A stretch of DNA of 41,600 nt. Source: a virus. Lineage: Duplodnaviria > Caudoviricetes. This document shows positions 17,143-26,923 of this stretch, one piece after another; position 1 is the stretch's first letter, and every line of letters starts with the position of its first letter. The stretch is from the IMG/VR virus record IMGVR_UViG_3300032116_000469, positions 1 through 41,600 of that record. One strand, written 5' to 3'. The translations under genes were made by a program, and so were the position numbers. Below the pieces are notes generated by a model. It was not told where the DNA came from, did not search any database, and saw only the letters and a program-made list of their open reading frames with translations.

Positions 17143-18203
17143 TATGCTTCCTCCTGTATTGATTCAGCCGTACTTACCTCGTCTTGTTGATTTTTGAAAT
17201 CTGCCATCAGTTTATCCAAACATCCATCTTCGTTGCTTTCCCAGGCCTTACGGAACTGTTTGATAACTTCGCCATCTGATGTCACAAACATCAAACGATT
17301 ACCATCCTTCTTGAGCAGTCCTTTTTTCTCAGCCAAGTCAACTAGGCCGCTGTAGGGATTCATGCCTGTTTCATAGGGAATTTTTACCTGAACACCTTCG
17401 AAGGGCTTGGCATAGCGTGTTTTCATCACCTTACAGGCAGCTCTAATACCCATTACGTCTGAAATCTTGTTGCCATCTTCATCTTCTTTGAGCTTGAGTT
17501 TTTTCATTGCAACAACGATACTGCTTGCATAGATGAAGCCTTGTCCACCTGAAATCTTGTCATCGGGATCGAACATGTCTTGGCTGGCGTAGGTATGATT
17601 GGTACACACCAGGCCAACATTGTAACTGCCAAACATGTTGACGCAGTTACGTACCAGTGCTGTCAGTGCCTTGGGTTTGCGTCCTAGATCGCCTTTTAAG
17701 TCACCGCCTTCGAACTGGTTGATGTCTGTAGGGGTAAGCAACATGCCCAAGCTGTCAATAACAAACAAGACCTTGGGACGCTCGCCGTCTGCCAATCCTT
17801 TATAGTCACTCATGAAAGTTGAAATTGTCTTGGCAACATCATCGATCATGGCCATGCTCAATTTCAGTAGTTTGCTTTCACTAGTGTCAACACCCAGTGC
17901 TTTGAGCCAATCTTCATCGAGTGCATTTTCACTGTCGATCAACACTACAAAAATACCTTGCTGTTGTGCGTTACGCACAATATTGCCAGAACAGATATAA
18001 CTTTTACCTGCACCAGACTCGCCGGCAAACACAGTAACTTTACCAAGCGGCACTCCACGATGAAAGTCGCCGCTGATCAGATAGTTTAATGCGTAGTTGC
18101 CAGTACTGATCCAATCAGTTGGATCATTAAATCCAATACTAAGTCCATCAATTGACTTAGTGATTTCCTTACGGAATTTTGAAACATCGAATGGTTTAGC
18201 CAT
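17142..18203 (-). CDS. uvsX: UvsX / RecA-like recombinase
   Basis: ISTG, AGESGAGKS, IDSENA, VIDSLG, TNHTY, SGGQG, KTR. Confidence 0.92.
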   Translation of the reverse strand: MAKPFDVSKFRKEITKSIDGLSIGFNDPTDWISTGNYALNYLISGDFHRGVPLGKVTVFAGESGAGKSYICSGNIVRNAQQQGIFVVLIDSENALDEDWLKALGVDTSESKLLKLSMAMIDDVAKTISTFMSDYKGLADGERPKVLFVIDSLGMLLTPTDINQFEGGDLKGDLGRKPKALTALVRNCVNMFGSYNVGLVCTNHTYASQDMFDPDDKISGGQGFIYASSIVVAMKKLKLKEDEDGNKISDVMGIRAACKVMKTRYAKPFEGVQVKIPYETGMNPYSGLVDLAEKKGLLKKDGNRLMFVTSDGEVIKQFRKAWESNEDGCLDKLMADFKNQQDEVSTAESIQEEA

Positions 18204-18234
18204 AACGGTCCTTGATAGAAATAAGAATCCATAG

Positions 18235-18256
18235 AGACCCGGCGTTAACCGGGTCT
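18235..18256 (-). terminator. Hairpin between gp32 and uvsX (weak terminator or mRNA stabiliser)
   Basis: AGACCCGG-N6-CCGGGTCT, without a clean T-run. Confidence 0.45.
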
Positions 18257-18268
18257 AACTATCAGGAT

Positions 18269-19252
18269 TTAGCCTTTGTTTTGACGAGCACGAATCATTG
18301 CCAGAATGTCTTCGGCTTTCTGACTGCTAGGCGCTGCTTTGACTGGCTGTGCTGCTACAACAGGTGCCACGTCTGGTTCATCATCTTCTTCAACATGCAC
18401 AGGTGCTGGTGCTGTCACTTTTGCAGGAGCAGAGGACTTGCTGGAAGAATCACCACCAGCAGGCGCAGCCATACCAGCTGGTTTGAAGTATGAACCCCAA
18501 CGTTCAGCATCGTAGGCTTCGCCGTTCACTGATGCTTCGAACATTTCTTTCATGACCTTCATTTCAGCTTCGCCTGGACGCTTGGGCAGACTTTCGCTGA
18601 GATCAAACAAACCATAAGTGCTGATGGCCTGTAGTTCAGCTTCGCTCAATGAGCTTTCTTTACGACTCCACTTGCTTGTACTGTAGTCAGCATAGCCACC
18701 CTTGGTAGTCTTACTGATACGGAAGTCTAGGCCACGCTCGTAGTCGGTTGGCAATTCTTCCATTTCAGGATCCATCAAGGCGCTCTTGATAATTGTAAAG
18801 ATCTGAGGACCTATGATGAATCTACGAATAGGATTCTCAGGCGTTTTATCGTCACTGAGTGGATTCTCTTTGATAAAGCCCTGGAAGATGTAACTGCGTT
18901 TCTTCCAATACTTGCGACCCATTTCTTCAAGGCTCTTGTCTTTGAACCAGCCGCGTACTTCGTTAAGAATAGGACACTGCTCGCCCCACATTTCTACACA
19001 GGGAATCTGTACAGTGGTAATCTTACTGTCCATTTCGCCCTTGACGCCGGCGAATGGTAATTTGATCATTGCACGTTCGACCCAGAAGAAAGTGTTCTTG
19101 GAGTTGCCATCGGGAAGGAAACGCACTAATGCGCTTGCGCCTTCATCCATGTTCCAGTGTGGGTAAATTGCATTGTCGCCGCCTGTGGATTGACCGCCTT
19201 TGTTCGACTCTGCGGCTTGGAGTCGTGCGCGGATTTCTGCTAAAGATGCCAT
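18269..19252 (-). CDS. Single-stranded DNA-binding protein (T4 gp32-like)
   Basis: VRFLP, CP, YWKKRSY, G.DF...K...GGYADY..S; adjacent to uvsX. Confidence 0.85.
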   Translation of the reverse strand: MASLAEIRARLQAAESNKGGQSTGGDNAIYPHWNMDEGASALVRFLPDGNSKNTFFWVERAMIKLPFAGVKGEMDSKITTVQIPCVEMWGEQCPILNEVRGWFKDKSLEEMGRKYWKKRSYIFQGFIKENPLSDDKTPENPIRRFIIGPQIFTIIKSALMDPEMEELPTDYERGLDFRISKTTKGGYADYSTSKWSRKESSLSEAELQAISTYGLFDLSESLPKRPGEAEMKVMKEMFEASVNGEAYDAERWGSYFKPAGMAAPAGGDSSSKSSAPAKVTAPAPVHVEEDDEPDVAPVVAAQPVKAAPSSQKAEDILAMIRARQNKG

Positions 19253-19362
19253 AATATTGTCCTTTCATGTGCCATAATATGTGCCTAATATCATCTTGCG
19301 ATGATGGATGCCTAATCATACATCCTACTAATATTGTATGATGTACTATTTAGCATGGTCAA
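19247..19362 (-). promoter_or_regulatory. gp32 promoter(s) and structured, repeat-containing leader
   Basis: TTGACC-N18-TACAAT with an internal TAAATA; four ATTA(T)GGCA repeats; ATCATC-GCAA-GATGAT hairpin. Confidence 0.65.
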
Positions 19363-20201
19363 CTAGATTGAAGAAGTTTTGCTCGATTGAGCTCGTTTTG
19401 GCTGACCCCATGTTGTACGAAGTGTCTGTCGGCAATGTCACGGTCAGAACCCCAATAGGTAGCCACCGAGGGACGAGTTGGACGCCACAATCCACCAAAC
19501 TTGATAAGGTCATAGTGTACTATAGCATGAGTGTGATCTAGAACGCAACGATTAAAATTTTCAATCAGCTCAAATTCAGTCATCAGTCTGCCCGTTTGAT
19601 TGATTGTGTTACGATCTGCTGCGAACCAGGTTCTGTGCAAGTCGAAAAAGTCTTGTTTAGTGTAGTTGGTTACCCAATTACGCAGTTGTTGTAGAGTGTA
19701 TCTGGACATGAATCTAAACGGCACAGCGTTGGTGCGTAGCGGTTCGGACCAATCTACGGTGTCAAAGTATCTTAGACCGCAGTCGTTGACATAACGCCCG
19801 AATGCCCGATCCACTCCTAGATCATCTATGTAGACCGATCTAACCGGGACATGCCAGCTAGACAGATCAGCATAGATCATCGAATCCCCATCAACACACA
19901 ACCAAGACTGATCATCGAACACCAGATCCAAACTGAGTTTGACAATCTGCTGCCTAATCCAACCTGTGGTGATTTGGTCTATGGGAAAACTGCTGGCAGT
20001 ATAAATTTCACATCCGCGCGACTCATACATGTCAACTGCTAATTTCCAGTACTGATTGGTGCTAGCAGGATTGATATCATCAATCACAACAGCAATATCC
20101 TGTGTGTAATTGTGGAAGGTACGAAAATGATTGATACTGGCTGCTGTGGTCAGAAGATGACCAGGATAGGTTATAAAGACTACACGCTCTGCTGCTATCA
20201 A
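19359..20201 (-). CDS. Putative GT-A-fold protein (DUF6492-like)
   Basis: GWIRQQIVKL followed by VDGD (DxD), and a late TEFEL motif. Confidence 0.55.
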   Translation of the reverse strand: MIAAERVVFITYPGHLLTTAASINHFRTFHNYTQDIAVVIDDINPASTNQYWKLAVDMYESRGCEIYTASSFPIDQITTGWIRQQIVKLSLDLVFDDQSWLCVDGDSMIYADLSSWHVPVRSVYIDDLGVDRAFGRYVNDCGLRYFDTVDWSEPLRTNAVPFRFMSRYTLQQLRNWVTNYTKQDFFDLHRTWFAADRNTINQTGRLMTEFELIENFNRCVLDHTHAIVHYDLIKFGGLWRPTRPSVATYWGSDRDIADRHFVQHGVSQNELNRAKLLQSS

Positions 20202-21464
20202 TTATTGTGCTGGTACTGGTGGTTGCGGCTGCTGTGCGGCAGGCACCTCAATGCCTAGTTGTTGTAGGCGTTGCATTACCTTGGCATCTGCCCATATGTT
20301 CGCGTTTGGATCTTGGTCGGCAACAGCATGTATGCGATCGAACAGTTCGTCGTCACCAATTAGATCGTACAATTGCTCAATGGCATTGGTAGCATCTGCA
20401 CCTGCAGGCAATTCTGATGACATCATATCCTGAAGTTTGCGTTCAGCTTCAGGAGTGTCTGGCAAGTTCCAGGTGCCTTCAACTACCTGATTGGTCCAAT
20501 CTTCAAACTCGGCTACTTCTTTCATGCCGCCTAGTTGTTGATCCATTAGACGACGGATCATTGGCAGTGCTTCGGTAATTCTGTCATCGATTCTGCGTTC
20601 GACAAACAGATTTTTGATTTCTTCAACAGTGCTTTCGTGTGCTTGAATGCTGGCAGGATCAAATTGATCACGTTCAACAAAATAGCCACGACGACTCATC
20701 ACACGTTTGGCCTTGCGCTTGAGATCATTATAGTGGTGATGCGCCTTGTCTACCAGATCCATAGCTGATTCGTCGTATTGTTTGCCCCTGGTTGCCTGCA
20801 AGAATCTGCCTAGTGTGGCAATTTCTTTGACCACATCTGTGATATGCTGTCCAAATGGATCGTATGGTGTACCACCTTCGGCCACGTGTCTGGCCAACAT
20901 TTTGCCGTGTGTGAGATTGCGGCTGGGTACTTTGAAACGCTCACCATCGGCCGTTTCCACAAAGATACTTTCAATGTGACGATAACGCTTGTCCTGCTCG
21001 TCTAAGGTTTTATCGTGTTTTATCACTAGTTTGACACGCTTGGGTTGGTCGCTGTAACTGACCTTGCGTGTGCCATAATAGCTTTCAAACAGGCCTTCTT
21101 TCATAGCAGCCATGCCTTGCATGGTATACTTGAGCCGATTAAGATTTTGCACATTGAAACGCATGCGATTGCGTTTGGCCATCATGCGCAGTTCTTGTAA
21201 GAATTCGTACCAGCGATCGCGATCTGCTTCATCCATGCTAGTGCCAATGTTGTCGCCAAAATAGATTTCAAGTTCGTTGTCTTGTGTTACCACTATAACC
21301 ACTGTTCCGTAATTACGGTCATCAAAAGTAAGATCAAAGCTGTACATGACAGCATCTTGTGGATCCAATACTTCTTTACCGGTTTTGTCCAGCAGTTTGA
21401 GATCAAAATCTCTGCTGACCAGTGTGTCATGAACTTGGTTGTTTATATTGTTTACTGTTGGCAT
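20202..21464 (-). CDS. Hypothetical late protein downstream of TerL
   Basis: 420 aa; TAAATA 7 nt upstream of the ATG. Confidence 0.75.
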   Translation of the reverse strand: MPTVNNINNQVHDTLVSRDFDLKLLDKTGKEVLDPQDAVMYSFDLTFDDRNYGTVVIVVTQDNELEIYFGDNIGTSMDEADRDRWYEFLQELRMMAKRNRMRFNVQNLNRLKYTMQGMAAMKEGLFESYYGTRKVSYSDQPKRVKLVIKHDKTLDEQDKRYRHIESIFVETADGERFKVPSRNLTHGKMLARHVAEGGTPYDPFGQHITDVVKEIATLGRFLQATRGKQYDESAMDLVDKAHHHYNDLKRKAKRVMSRRGYFVERDQFDPASIQAHESTVEEIKNLFVERRIDDRITEALPMIRRLMDQQLGGMKEVAEFEDWTNQVVEGTWNLPDTPEAERKLQDMMSSELPAGADATNAIEQLYDLIGDDELFDRIHAVADQDPNANIWADAKVMQRLQQLGIEVPAAQQPQPPVPAQ

Positions 21465-21479
21465 AGTTACGTATTTAAC

Positions 21480-23042
21480 TCAAAATACTATAAAAGGCAT
21501 GGGTTCTATCATGGTTTCGCTGTGATCGCGCATTTTACTGTGCAGATCGGTATGATAATTTTGTAAAACTGCCAGCATACGCATGGCCAGCAACATGCTC
21601 ATAACCAAATCATCAGTTTCACCCACTTTAGCAGCATAGCTGGTGCCATGTGCTACAAATGTTTTTAGCTCTGAAATCAAGGGCGAGCTACGAATGCGCA
21701 GTCTTTTGGTTTCTACCAGGTTCTTTAATTTGGCACACGCAGTCAGTTTAGCTGTGTGCGTGGTATTGAATCCTTTTCGAAGACGTTTGGTAGCTATGCC
21801 AGGCTCACTCAAGAAGTATCCCGGTATGTTGTGCTCACCAAAGTCAGCTATACTGATCAGCGCAGCTTCACCAATAGTGTTGTTTTCTACACTGTAGTAA
21901 ATATTTTTTGTGTCTTTCACAGTGCGATTGATGTAAGCGCAGATGTCATTGAGAATACGCACCTGCTCTGGTATAGTTGTTTTGTTATGACGCCATTCGG
22001 CTACCTGTTGCATACTGTTTGCTTCAATCACTTGAATAGCCGCAGGATCTCCGCCGGTGCCTAGACTGGGATCAAGAGCTATGGCATAGATGCAGTTTGG
22101 TTCTGGTTGTTTCCACCAGCGTACCTGCCCAGTCCTAAAGTCAGGATCCATGCCTTCAAGATCAATCAGCACAGTGGCGCTAATCAGTGTTTCATCATAG
22201 ATGATAAACTCGCAGTCCATTTCTCTACGGAAGCGTTCTTGACCTAACTGTGCTCGTTGTTCATCGGCCCATCGATCATCACGATCAGGATGCTCACGCC
22301 AGTATGCACGGTAAGCTCTAAATCCATTGATACCAGTTTCAGTGGCGTTGCCAAACTCATCCTCCATCTTGTTAGCACCTTTCCAGATTAGGGCAAACTG
22401 ATCTTCATCGGAATTAGGTGTAGATGTAATAATTGCTTTACCGCCAGTGCTTAGTGTTGGGGATATAGAAGTCCAAAACTCTTTGGCAATAGTAGGGCGT
22501 ACAAATGCAAATTCATCGCAGTACAGTAATGAAATACTCATACCACGACCGGTGTTTTCTGTAGTAGTCTGACTGACTATGCGGCTTCCATTGTCAAATT
22601 CTAAACTGCCTTTGTTGTAGCTGACTGCGCCTGCTCTAATATGATCTGGGCAGTGTTCATAGGCAAATCTAATACGCTGCATGATTTCCTGTGCGCCTAG
22701 ATATTTGTGTGCAGCTACTAATACTGTGCTGTCGGGTACAAACATAGCGTACCATAGTAGATATCCTGCCGCTGATGTAGACTTACCAGTCTGTCTAGGC
22801 ATCATACTAATTGAAAATCTATAGTTGTGATAGGTTTCAATCAGTCGTTCTTGATATTCATAGGGTTGGTACTGTATTTCACCGCGTGTGGGATGCTGTA
22901 TGTAAAAGAAGTTCTGCATAAAGTAGAACGGTCCAGTCACTGGATCGGCACAGGCAGCAAATTCTTTTAGTTGCTCTTCGGAAAAACTGAACTTAGAGTG
23001 CGGCGGTTTGATTAATACTATGTCTGTGTTAGATTTAGCCAT
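21480..23042 (-). CDS. terL: Terminase large subunit (T4 gp17-like)
   Basis: YEYQ, PRQTGKS, LYCDEFAF, ITSTPN, ALDPS, DDLVM. Confidence 0.95.
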   Translation of the reverse strand: MAKSNTDIVLIKPPHSKFSFSEEQLKEFAACADPVTGPFYFMQNFFYIQHPTRGEIQYQPYEYQERLIETYHNYRFSISMMPRQTGKSTSAAGYLLWYAMFVPDSTVLVAAHKYLGAQEIMQRIRFAYEHCPDHIRAGAVSYNKGSLEFDNGSRIVSQTTTENTGRGMSISLLYCDEFAFVRPTIAKEFWTSISPTLSTGGKAIITSTPNSDEDQFALIWKGANKMEDEFGNATETGINGFRAYRAYWREHPDRDDRWADEQRAQLGQERFRREMDCEFIIYDETLISATVLIDLEGMDPDFRTGQVRWWKQPEPNCIYAIALDPSLGTGGDPAAIQVIEANSMQQVAEWRHNKTTIPEQVRILNDICAYINRTVKDTKNIYYSVENNTIGEAALISIADFGEHNIPGYFLSEPGIATKRLRKGFNTTHTAKLTACAKLKNLVETKRLRIRSSPLISELKTFVAHGTSYAAKVGETDDLVMSMLLAMRMLAVLQNYHTDLHSKMRDHSETMIEPMPFIVF

Positions 23043-23046
23043 GCAG

Positions 23047-23265
23047 TTATTTAACAGGCTTTTCGCCGGTTAGATACGGAAGGCTAAACCATAGTTTGAA
23101 CCACTCAGGAGTTCCTGGTTCTATTTTGTGTTTCTTCATTAATTGAGCTTTTTCTGTACCAGTGACGCTCATATTCATGCCAGTGTATTCCTTGTGCTTG
23201 GGAGTATTTGCACACACACCCTTGCCAATAACACCACTGAGTTTTTTAAGTTCTTCTAGAGTCAT
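23047..23265 (-). CDS. Small hypothetical protein
   Basis: 72 aa, IEPGTPEWFKLWF; ATGA-coupled to the upstream gene. Confidence 0.75.
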   Translation of the reverse strand: MTLEELKKLSGVIGKGVCANTPKHKEYTGMNMSVTGTEKAQLMKKHKIEPGTPEWFKLWFSLPYLTGEKPVK

Positions 23266-23975
23266 AGTCCGTATGTTGCCCGAGTGGCGTTATAGTTCTG
23301 CTGAATTTGCTCCAGTGTCAGCACCTCGTTGTAGATGAAAACTTGCCCGATATCACCAACCCACTGATAAGCACCGACATAGGCACTGCGTCCAATCCAT
23401 AACTCTTGAGAGTTGGTTATTGATCCTACCAAAGTATTAGCGACACTGTTAACTTCTGTATTGTTAACATAAAGTTTCAGTGTTGATGTATTTCTAGTAA
23501 ACATAACTAGGTACCACGACCCGTTGTTGTAGTTGGTTAGCGGACTGGCAATCGCCTGGTTGGCTGCTCCAGACTGTGCAATATCGCCTACAATTTGCCC
23601 GCCGTTGTAGTAGATTCGATAGTTCCAAGGCCAACCACCTACTTGTTCCTTGCACACAGTCATTTTCAATCCGCCGGCGCTGGTTCGGAACCAACCGCCC
23701 ACTGAAAAATTGTCAGACGCCAGGCTTTGATTGGTGTCTACATAACGTGCCGAAGTGTTGGGGAAATTAAAATAGGTTGTGCTGTAGGTAGGAGAGCCTA
23801 CCAGAGTAGTTGCGTAGGCATTAGGACTGAGATCAGTCCAGGTTGTACCTGATCCTGGATAACTAGCAGGATCGGCAGCATTAAGATAAAGTTGTAGATC
23901 CGACGTTACTATACCAAGCGGCGCAGACGCCTGCTGTACGTTGTTAGTCAGCATCATCTGACAACCAGACATCAA
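23262..23975 (-). CDS. LamG / concanavalin A-like lectin-domain virion protein
   Basis: LYLNAA..SYPGSGTTW.DLS, FSVGGWF, LYVN, IG, G.IG.V.IYN..LT..QI.QNY. Confidence 0.85.
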   Translation of the reverse strand: MMSGCQMMLTNNVQQASAPLGIVTSDLQLYLNAADPASYPGSGTTWTDLSPNAYATTLVGSPTYSTTYFNFPNTSARYVDTNQSLASDNFSVGGWFRTSAGGLKMTVCKEQVGGWPWNYRIYYNGGQIVGDIAQSGAANQAIASPLTNYNNGSWYLVMFTRNTSTLKLYVNNTEVNSVANTLVGSITNSQELWIGRSAYVGAYQWVGDIGQVFIYNEVLTLEQIQQNYNATRATYGL

Positions 23976-26740
23976 ACCACTCCTGTACCGTTAATCATCC
24001 ATACATTGCCAGCGACGTTTAGAAGTGTGGCCATACCGTAAGTGGTTAAAATGCGGTTACCTGCGGTAGAATTGCCTGCTAGATACAGATTTACATCCGG
24101 TGCTTGTGCTATAGTGATATTACCAGTGCCGCGATTGACAACGGTTATAGCTGTGCCAACTGCCCATGATACTGAACTATTGTTAGCTATAGTAAGCACG
24201 TTAGCAGTAGCCAAGGTTGAATAGTAGTGTTTGCCAGCATCGGTAGCAGATAAAGTAGCGTCGCCCGTAAATGTAACTTGAGGTAAGTCTCTATAGCCAA
24301 TGGTGTAACCGGCTGTGTTACCAACAATGTTACCGGTGATTGATAAATCTGCTGAATCACTAAAGAATAAATTGCCACCATTAGTTTCTAGTCTAATGCC
24401 GTTGCCAAACATGAACTTGTTGACTATGGCTACCTGCTCGCCGCCAAAACTGGCGCTGGGTAAGCTAATGAATCCTTCGCCCGAAGATGCTCCGTCTATC
24501 CGCAGGGGTGCGCTGTTGTCGCCATTGATGTTGCCTGGAACCTGTAGATTACCATCAACGTTAAACACCCAGGTGTTGCTGTTTGATGTTACTTGAACTT
24601 CGGCATTGGCTCCAGCATTGACTCTAAAATAACTGTTTTCTCCGCCCAGGAACAGATCAGCACTGCTGGCGTCTTGTGTACCACCTGCACGTACATGTAT
24701 ATGTCCAGGTGCGGTAGGGTCAATAATGAGATACTGATCGGTGCCTGTACCTACTGTAACATCTGGAACCAACTGCAACGTAGTATATCCTGCACCATCG
24801 CCTGATGAATTGGCCACGCTGTTGATCTGACTGCCATTCAACTCGGCATTGGCCGGCAAGGTAAATGTACCGTCGGCACCAAATGTCCAGGGCCAACTGT
24901 TGGCCATGATACGTGCTTGATTGTTGGCTCCGGCTGTGACTTTGAAGTGTGTGTATTCGCCGCCCAAGAACAGATCGGCATTACTGTTATCCTGGGCGCC
25001 GCCCGCGCGGATGTGTATGTGCCCAGGTGCTGTAGGATCAATAATAAGATATTGATCATTGCCTGTTAAAGTGTCATCAGGGATCAACCCTAGTGTTGTA
25101 TACCCAAAACCGTCGCCGGATGAATTGCCTATCCATTGTATGCGACCAGCGTTATTGGGAGTAACACCAACTATGTTACCTTGGCTAGGCAAGTTTAGAT
25201 TGCCGTCGTTAGCAAAGATCCAGCTATTGCCGCCCACTTCAATTACAGCTGGATTATACACACCTGGAGCATAATCCGGACTAGTAAATGTAAGATTACC
25301 CGATCCTGTCAGGGCCTGGTCGGTGCTGATGCTAAAGTAGCCTGCCGGGTTAGTTGCAGTGACTAGCGCCTGGTTGCCGTCTACTACAGATACAGTCCAA
25401 CCTACAATGTTTCCGTAGTTACCAATGGCTACCACGTCAGGTTTGCTAGCAGCATCAAACCAAATGTAAAGATTTGCACCCGCTGATTCCCAGTGTCTTA
25501 CATTAGTAACGATGTTGCCAGTGGGTGCGCCAAGACTGGTAACAATGTTACCAGGGATAGTAAGATTGCCAGTATGACCAAACGTCCAGCTGCTGGTGTT
25601 GGCGCTGACCAAGACATTGCCATTGGGGGTGTCTATGCGAACGTTACTATCACCATTTTCGATCAAGTTGCCTGGTGCAGTTGAAATATTAGTGAGCTGG
25701 CTACCATCACCGATAAAGTAGTTGGCAGAAATATTACCTGCTGTGTTTAGCGGAACATTTTGCACTATCACTTCAGTGGGCAACACGACAAGATTGTTGA
25801 AGCCACCAGCTCCAATGTTCACTCCATTGTTGCCCACCAAGGCAGAAATGTTTTCTACAGTGAAATTCAGGCTGTCAAGATTGGTGATGTTTCCTACAAG
25901 GGCACTCACGCTGTTAGCTGTGACATTGCCAGTAATCAAGATGTTTCCAGGTGCCGACAGGTTGCCGGTGGTTCCATCAAAAATCCAATTGCCTGAATTG
26001 GATTGTACCACAAAAGTCTTGTTGGTGATTTCAGCGAAGATGTCGCTGTCGGATCGTATTACTATGTCAGCATCGGTGCTTTCAATCAACATCTCTTCGG
26101 CACTCATTGTAGTGCCTGAGAAGGAGAAGTCACCGGTACTTGGAGCAATGCCAGTTAATAAACTACCATTGCCTAAGAAATAATCTGCTGTCACGTTACC
26201 AGCCACGCCTACATCATTTTCTACAAGTAAACCATCTTCGACGCTGACAAAACTACTGTCATCGCTGCGCACACGATTAATAATCAGCACATTGCCAGTA
26301 ATGTTACCAGTGGTAGTAATGCTTGAAGTTGAATTAGCTGCTAGCAGTGCATCGCCATTGACCGTTAGCACATTGCCAGCACCTATGCTCAGTGGCACTG
26401 AGTTTATGTAGATTGTGTTGTTGCTAACCCATAAATCCTTCCACTGCCGAGCACTATTACCTAGGCTGTAGGTAACATTGGCACTGGGAATGATGTTAGC
26501 GTTGACCCCTGCGCCTAAGAAAGCAGCTACATTAGCATTATCATAGGTTAGGTTACCGCTGATTTCAATAGGATTGAGTATGCCATTAGCGTTGGCTACG
26601 TATACTATATAGGTATTGAGATCAACGACTAGTTCGCCGGGGCGAGCCTGTCCACTGTACTGTTGTGCAGTAAGGTCTGTGTATTTGTTGTTGACACGTT
26701 TTACACCGTCAACATCACTGAAGTCTGAATAATCGGCCAT
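23972..26740 (-). CDS. Tail fibre / virion fibre protein
   Basis: 922 aa, G/N/S/T-rich, GN[IVL] repeats, IIPSAN.TYSLG....W, WxF..DG repeats; TAAATA upstream. Confidence 0.75.
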   Translation of the reverse strand: MADYSDFSDVDGVKRVNNKYTDLTAQQYSGQARPGELVVDLNTYIVYVANANGILNPIEISGNLTYDNANVAAFLGAGVNANIIPSANVTYSLGNSARQWKDLWVSNNTIYINSVPLSIGAGNVLTVNGDALLAANSTSSITTTGNITGNVLIINRVRSDDSSFVSVEDGLLVENDVGVAGNVTADYFLGNGSLLTGIAPSTGDFSFSGTTMSAEEMLIESTDADIVIRSDSDIFAEITNKTFVVQSNSGNWIFDGTTGNLSAPGNILITGNVTANSVSALVGNITNLDSLNFTVENISALVGNNGVNIGAGGFNNLVVLPTEVIVQNVPLNTAGNISANYFIGDGSQLTNISTAPGNLIENGDSNVRIDTPNGNVLVSANTSSWTFGHTGNLTIPGNIVTSLGAPTGNIVTNVRHWESAGANLYIWFDAASKPDVVAIGNYGNIVGWTVSVVDGNQALVTATNPAGYFSISTDQALTGSGNLTFTSPDYAPGVYNPAVIEVGGNSWIFANDGNLNLPSQGNIVGVTPNNAGRIQWIGNSSGDGFGYTTLGLIPDDTLTGNDQYLIIDPTAPGHIHIRAGGAQDNSNADLFLGGEYTHFKVTAGANNQARIMANSWPWTFGADGTFTLPANAELNGSQINSVANSSGDGAGYTTLQLVPDVTVGTGTDQYLIIDPTAPGHIHVRAGGTQDASSADLFLGGENSYFRVNAGANAEVQVTSNSNTWVFNVDGNLQVPGNINGDNSAPLRIDGASSGEGFISLPSASFGGEQVAIVNKFMFGNGIRLETNGGNLFFSDSADLSITGNIVGNTAGYTIGYRDLPQVTFTGDATLSATDAGKHYYSTLATANVLTIANNSSVSWAVGTAITVVNRGTGNITIAQAPDVNLYLAGNSTAGNRILTTYGMATLLNVAGNVWMINGTGVV
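24534..25126 (-). repeat. Intragenic tandem duplication, ~315-nt (105-aa) period
   Basis: NSSGDG.GYTTL.L.PD...DQYLIIDPTAPGHIH.RAGG.QD.S.ADLFLGGE...F.V.AGAN occurs twice. Confidence 0.9.
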
Positions 26741-26773
26741 GGTCCAGTATTTATCGGTACCAGGTGTTCCTAC

Positions 26774-26923
26774 TTAATCTGGCTTACTAGAGGTTTTGTT
26801 ATTTGAGGGCGCAGTATTGGCCTGCTGATTTACTGCTTTTTGCGGAGTGACGGAAGCGGCTGTGCTGTTTGATAGCTTGATTTCTTTATACTTGCTGCTG
26901 TAAGATTTACCTAGGCGCAGCAC
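26774..26923 (-). CDS. Unannotated 49-aa basic, low-complexity peptide
   Basis: AAGGAG 5 nt before GTG; MLRLGKSYSSKYKEIKLSNSTAASVTPQKAVNQQANTAPSNNKTSSKPD fills the intergenic gap. Confidence 0.6.
   Translation of the reverse strand: MLRLGKSYSSKYKEIKLSNSTAASVTPQKAVNQQANTAPSNNKTSSKPD

Noticed and set aside
19247-19320. Short repeats as a mini-CRISPR array
   Set aside because: Repeats are only 9-11 nt with irregular 1-17 nt gaps, and no cas genes are present.
24534-25126. Fibre duplication as a diversity-generating retroelement TR/VR pair
   Set aside because: Both copies are in-frame coding, differences are not adenine-specific, and no reverse transcriptase is present in the window.
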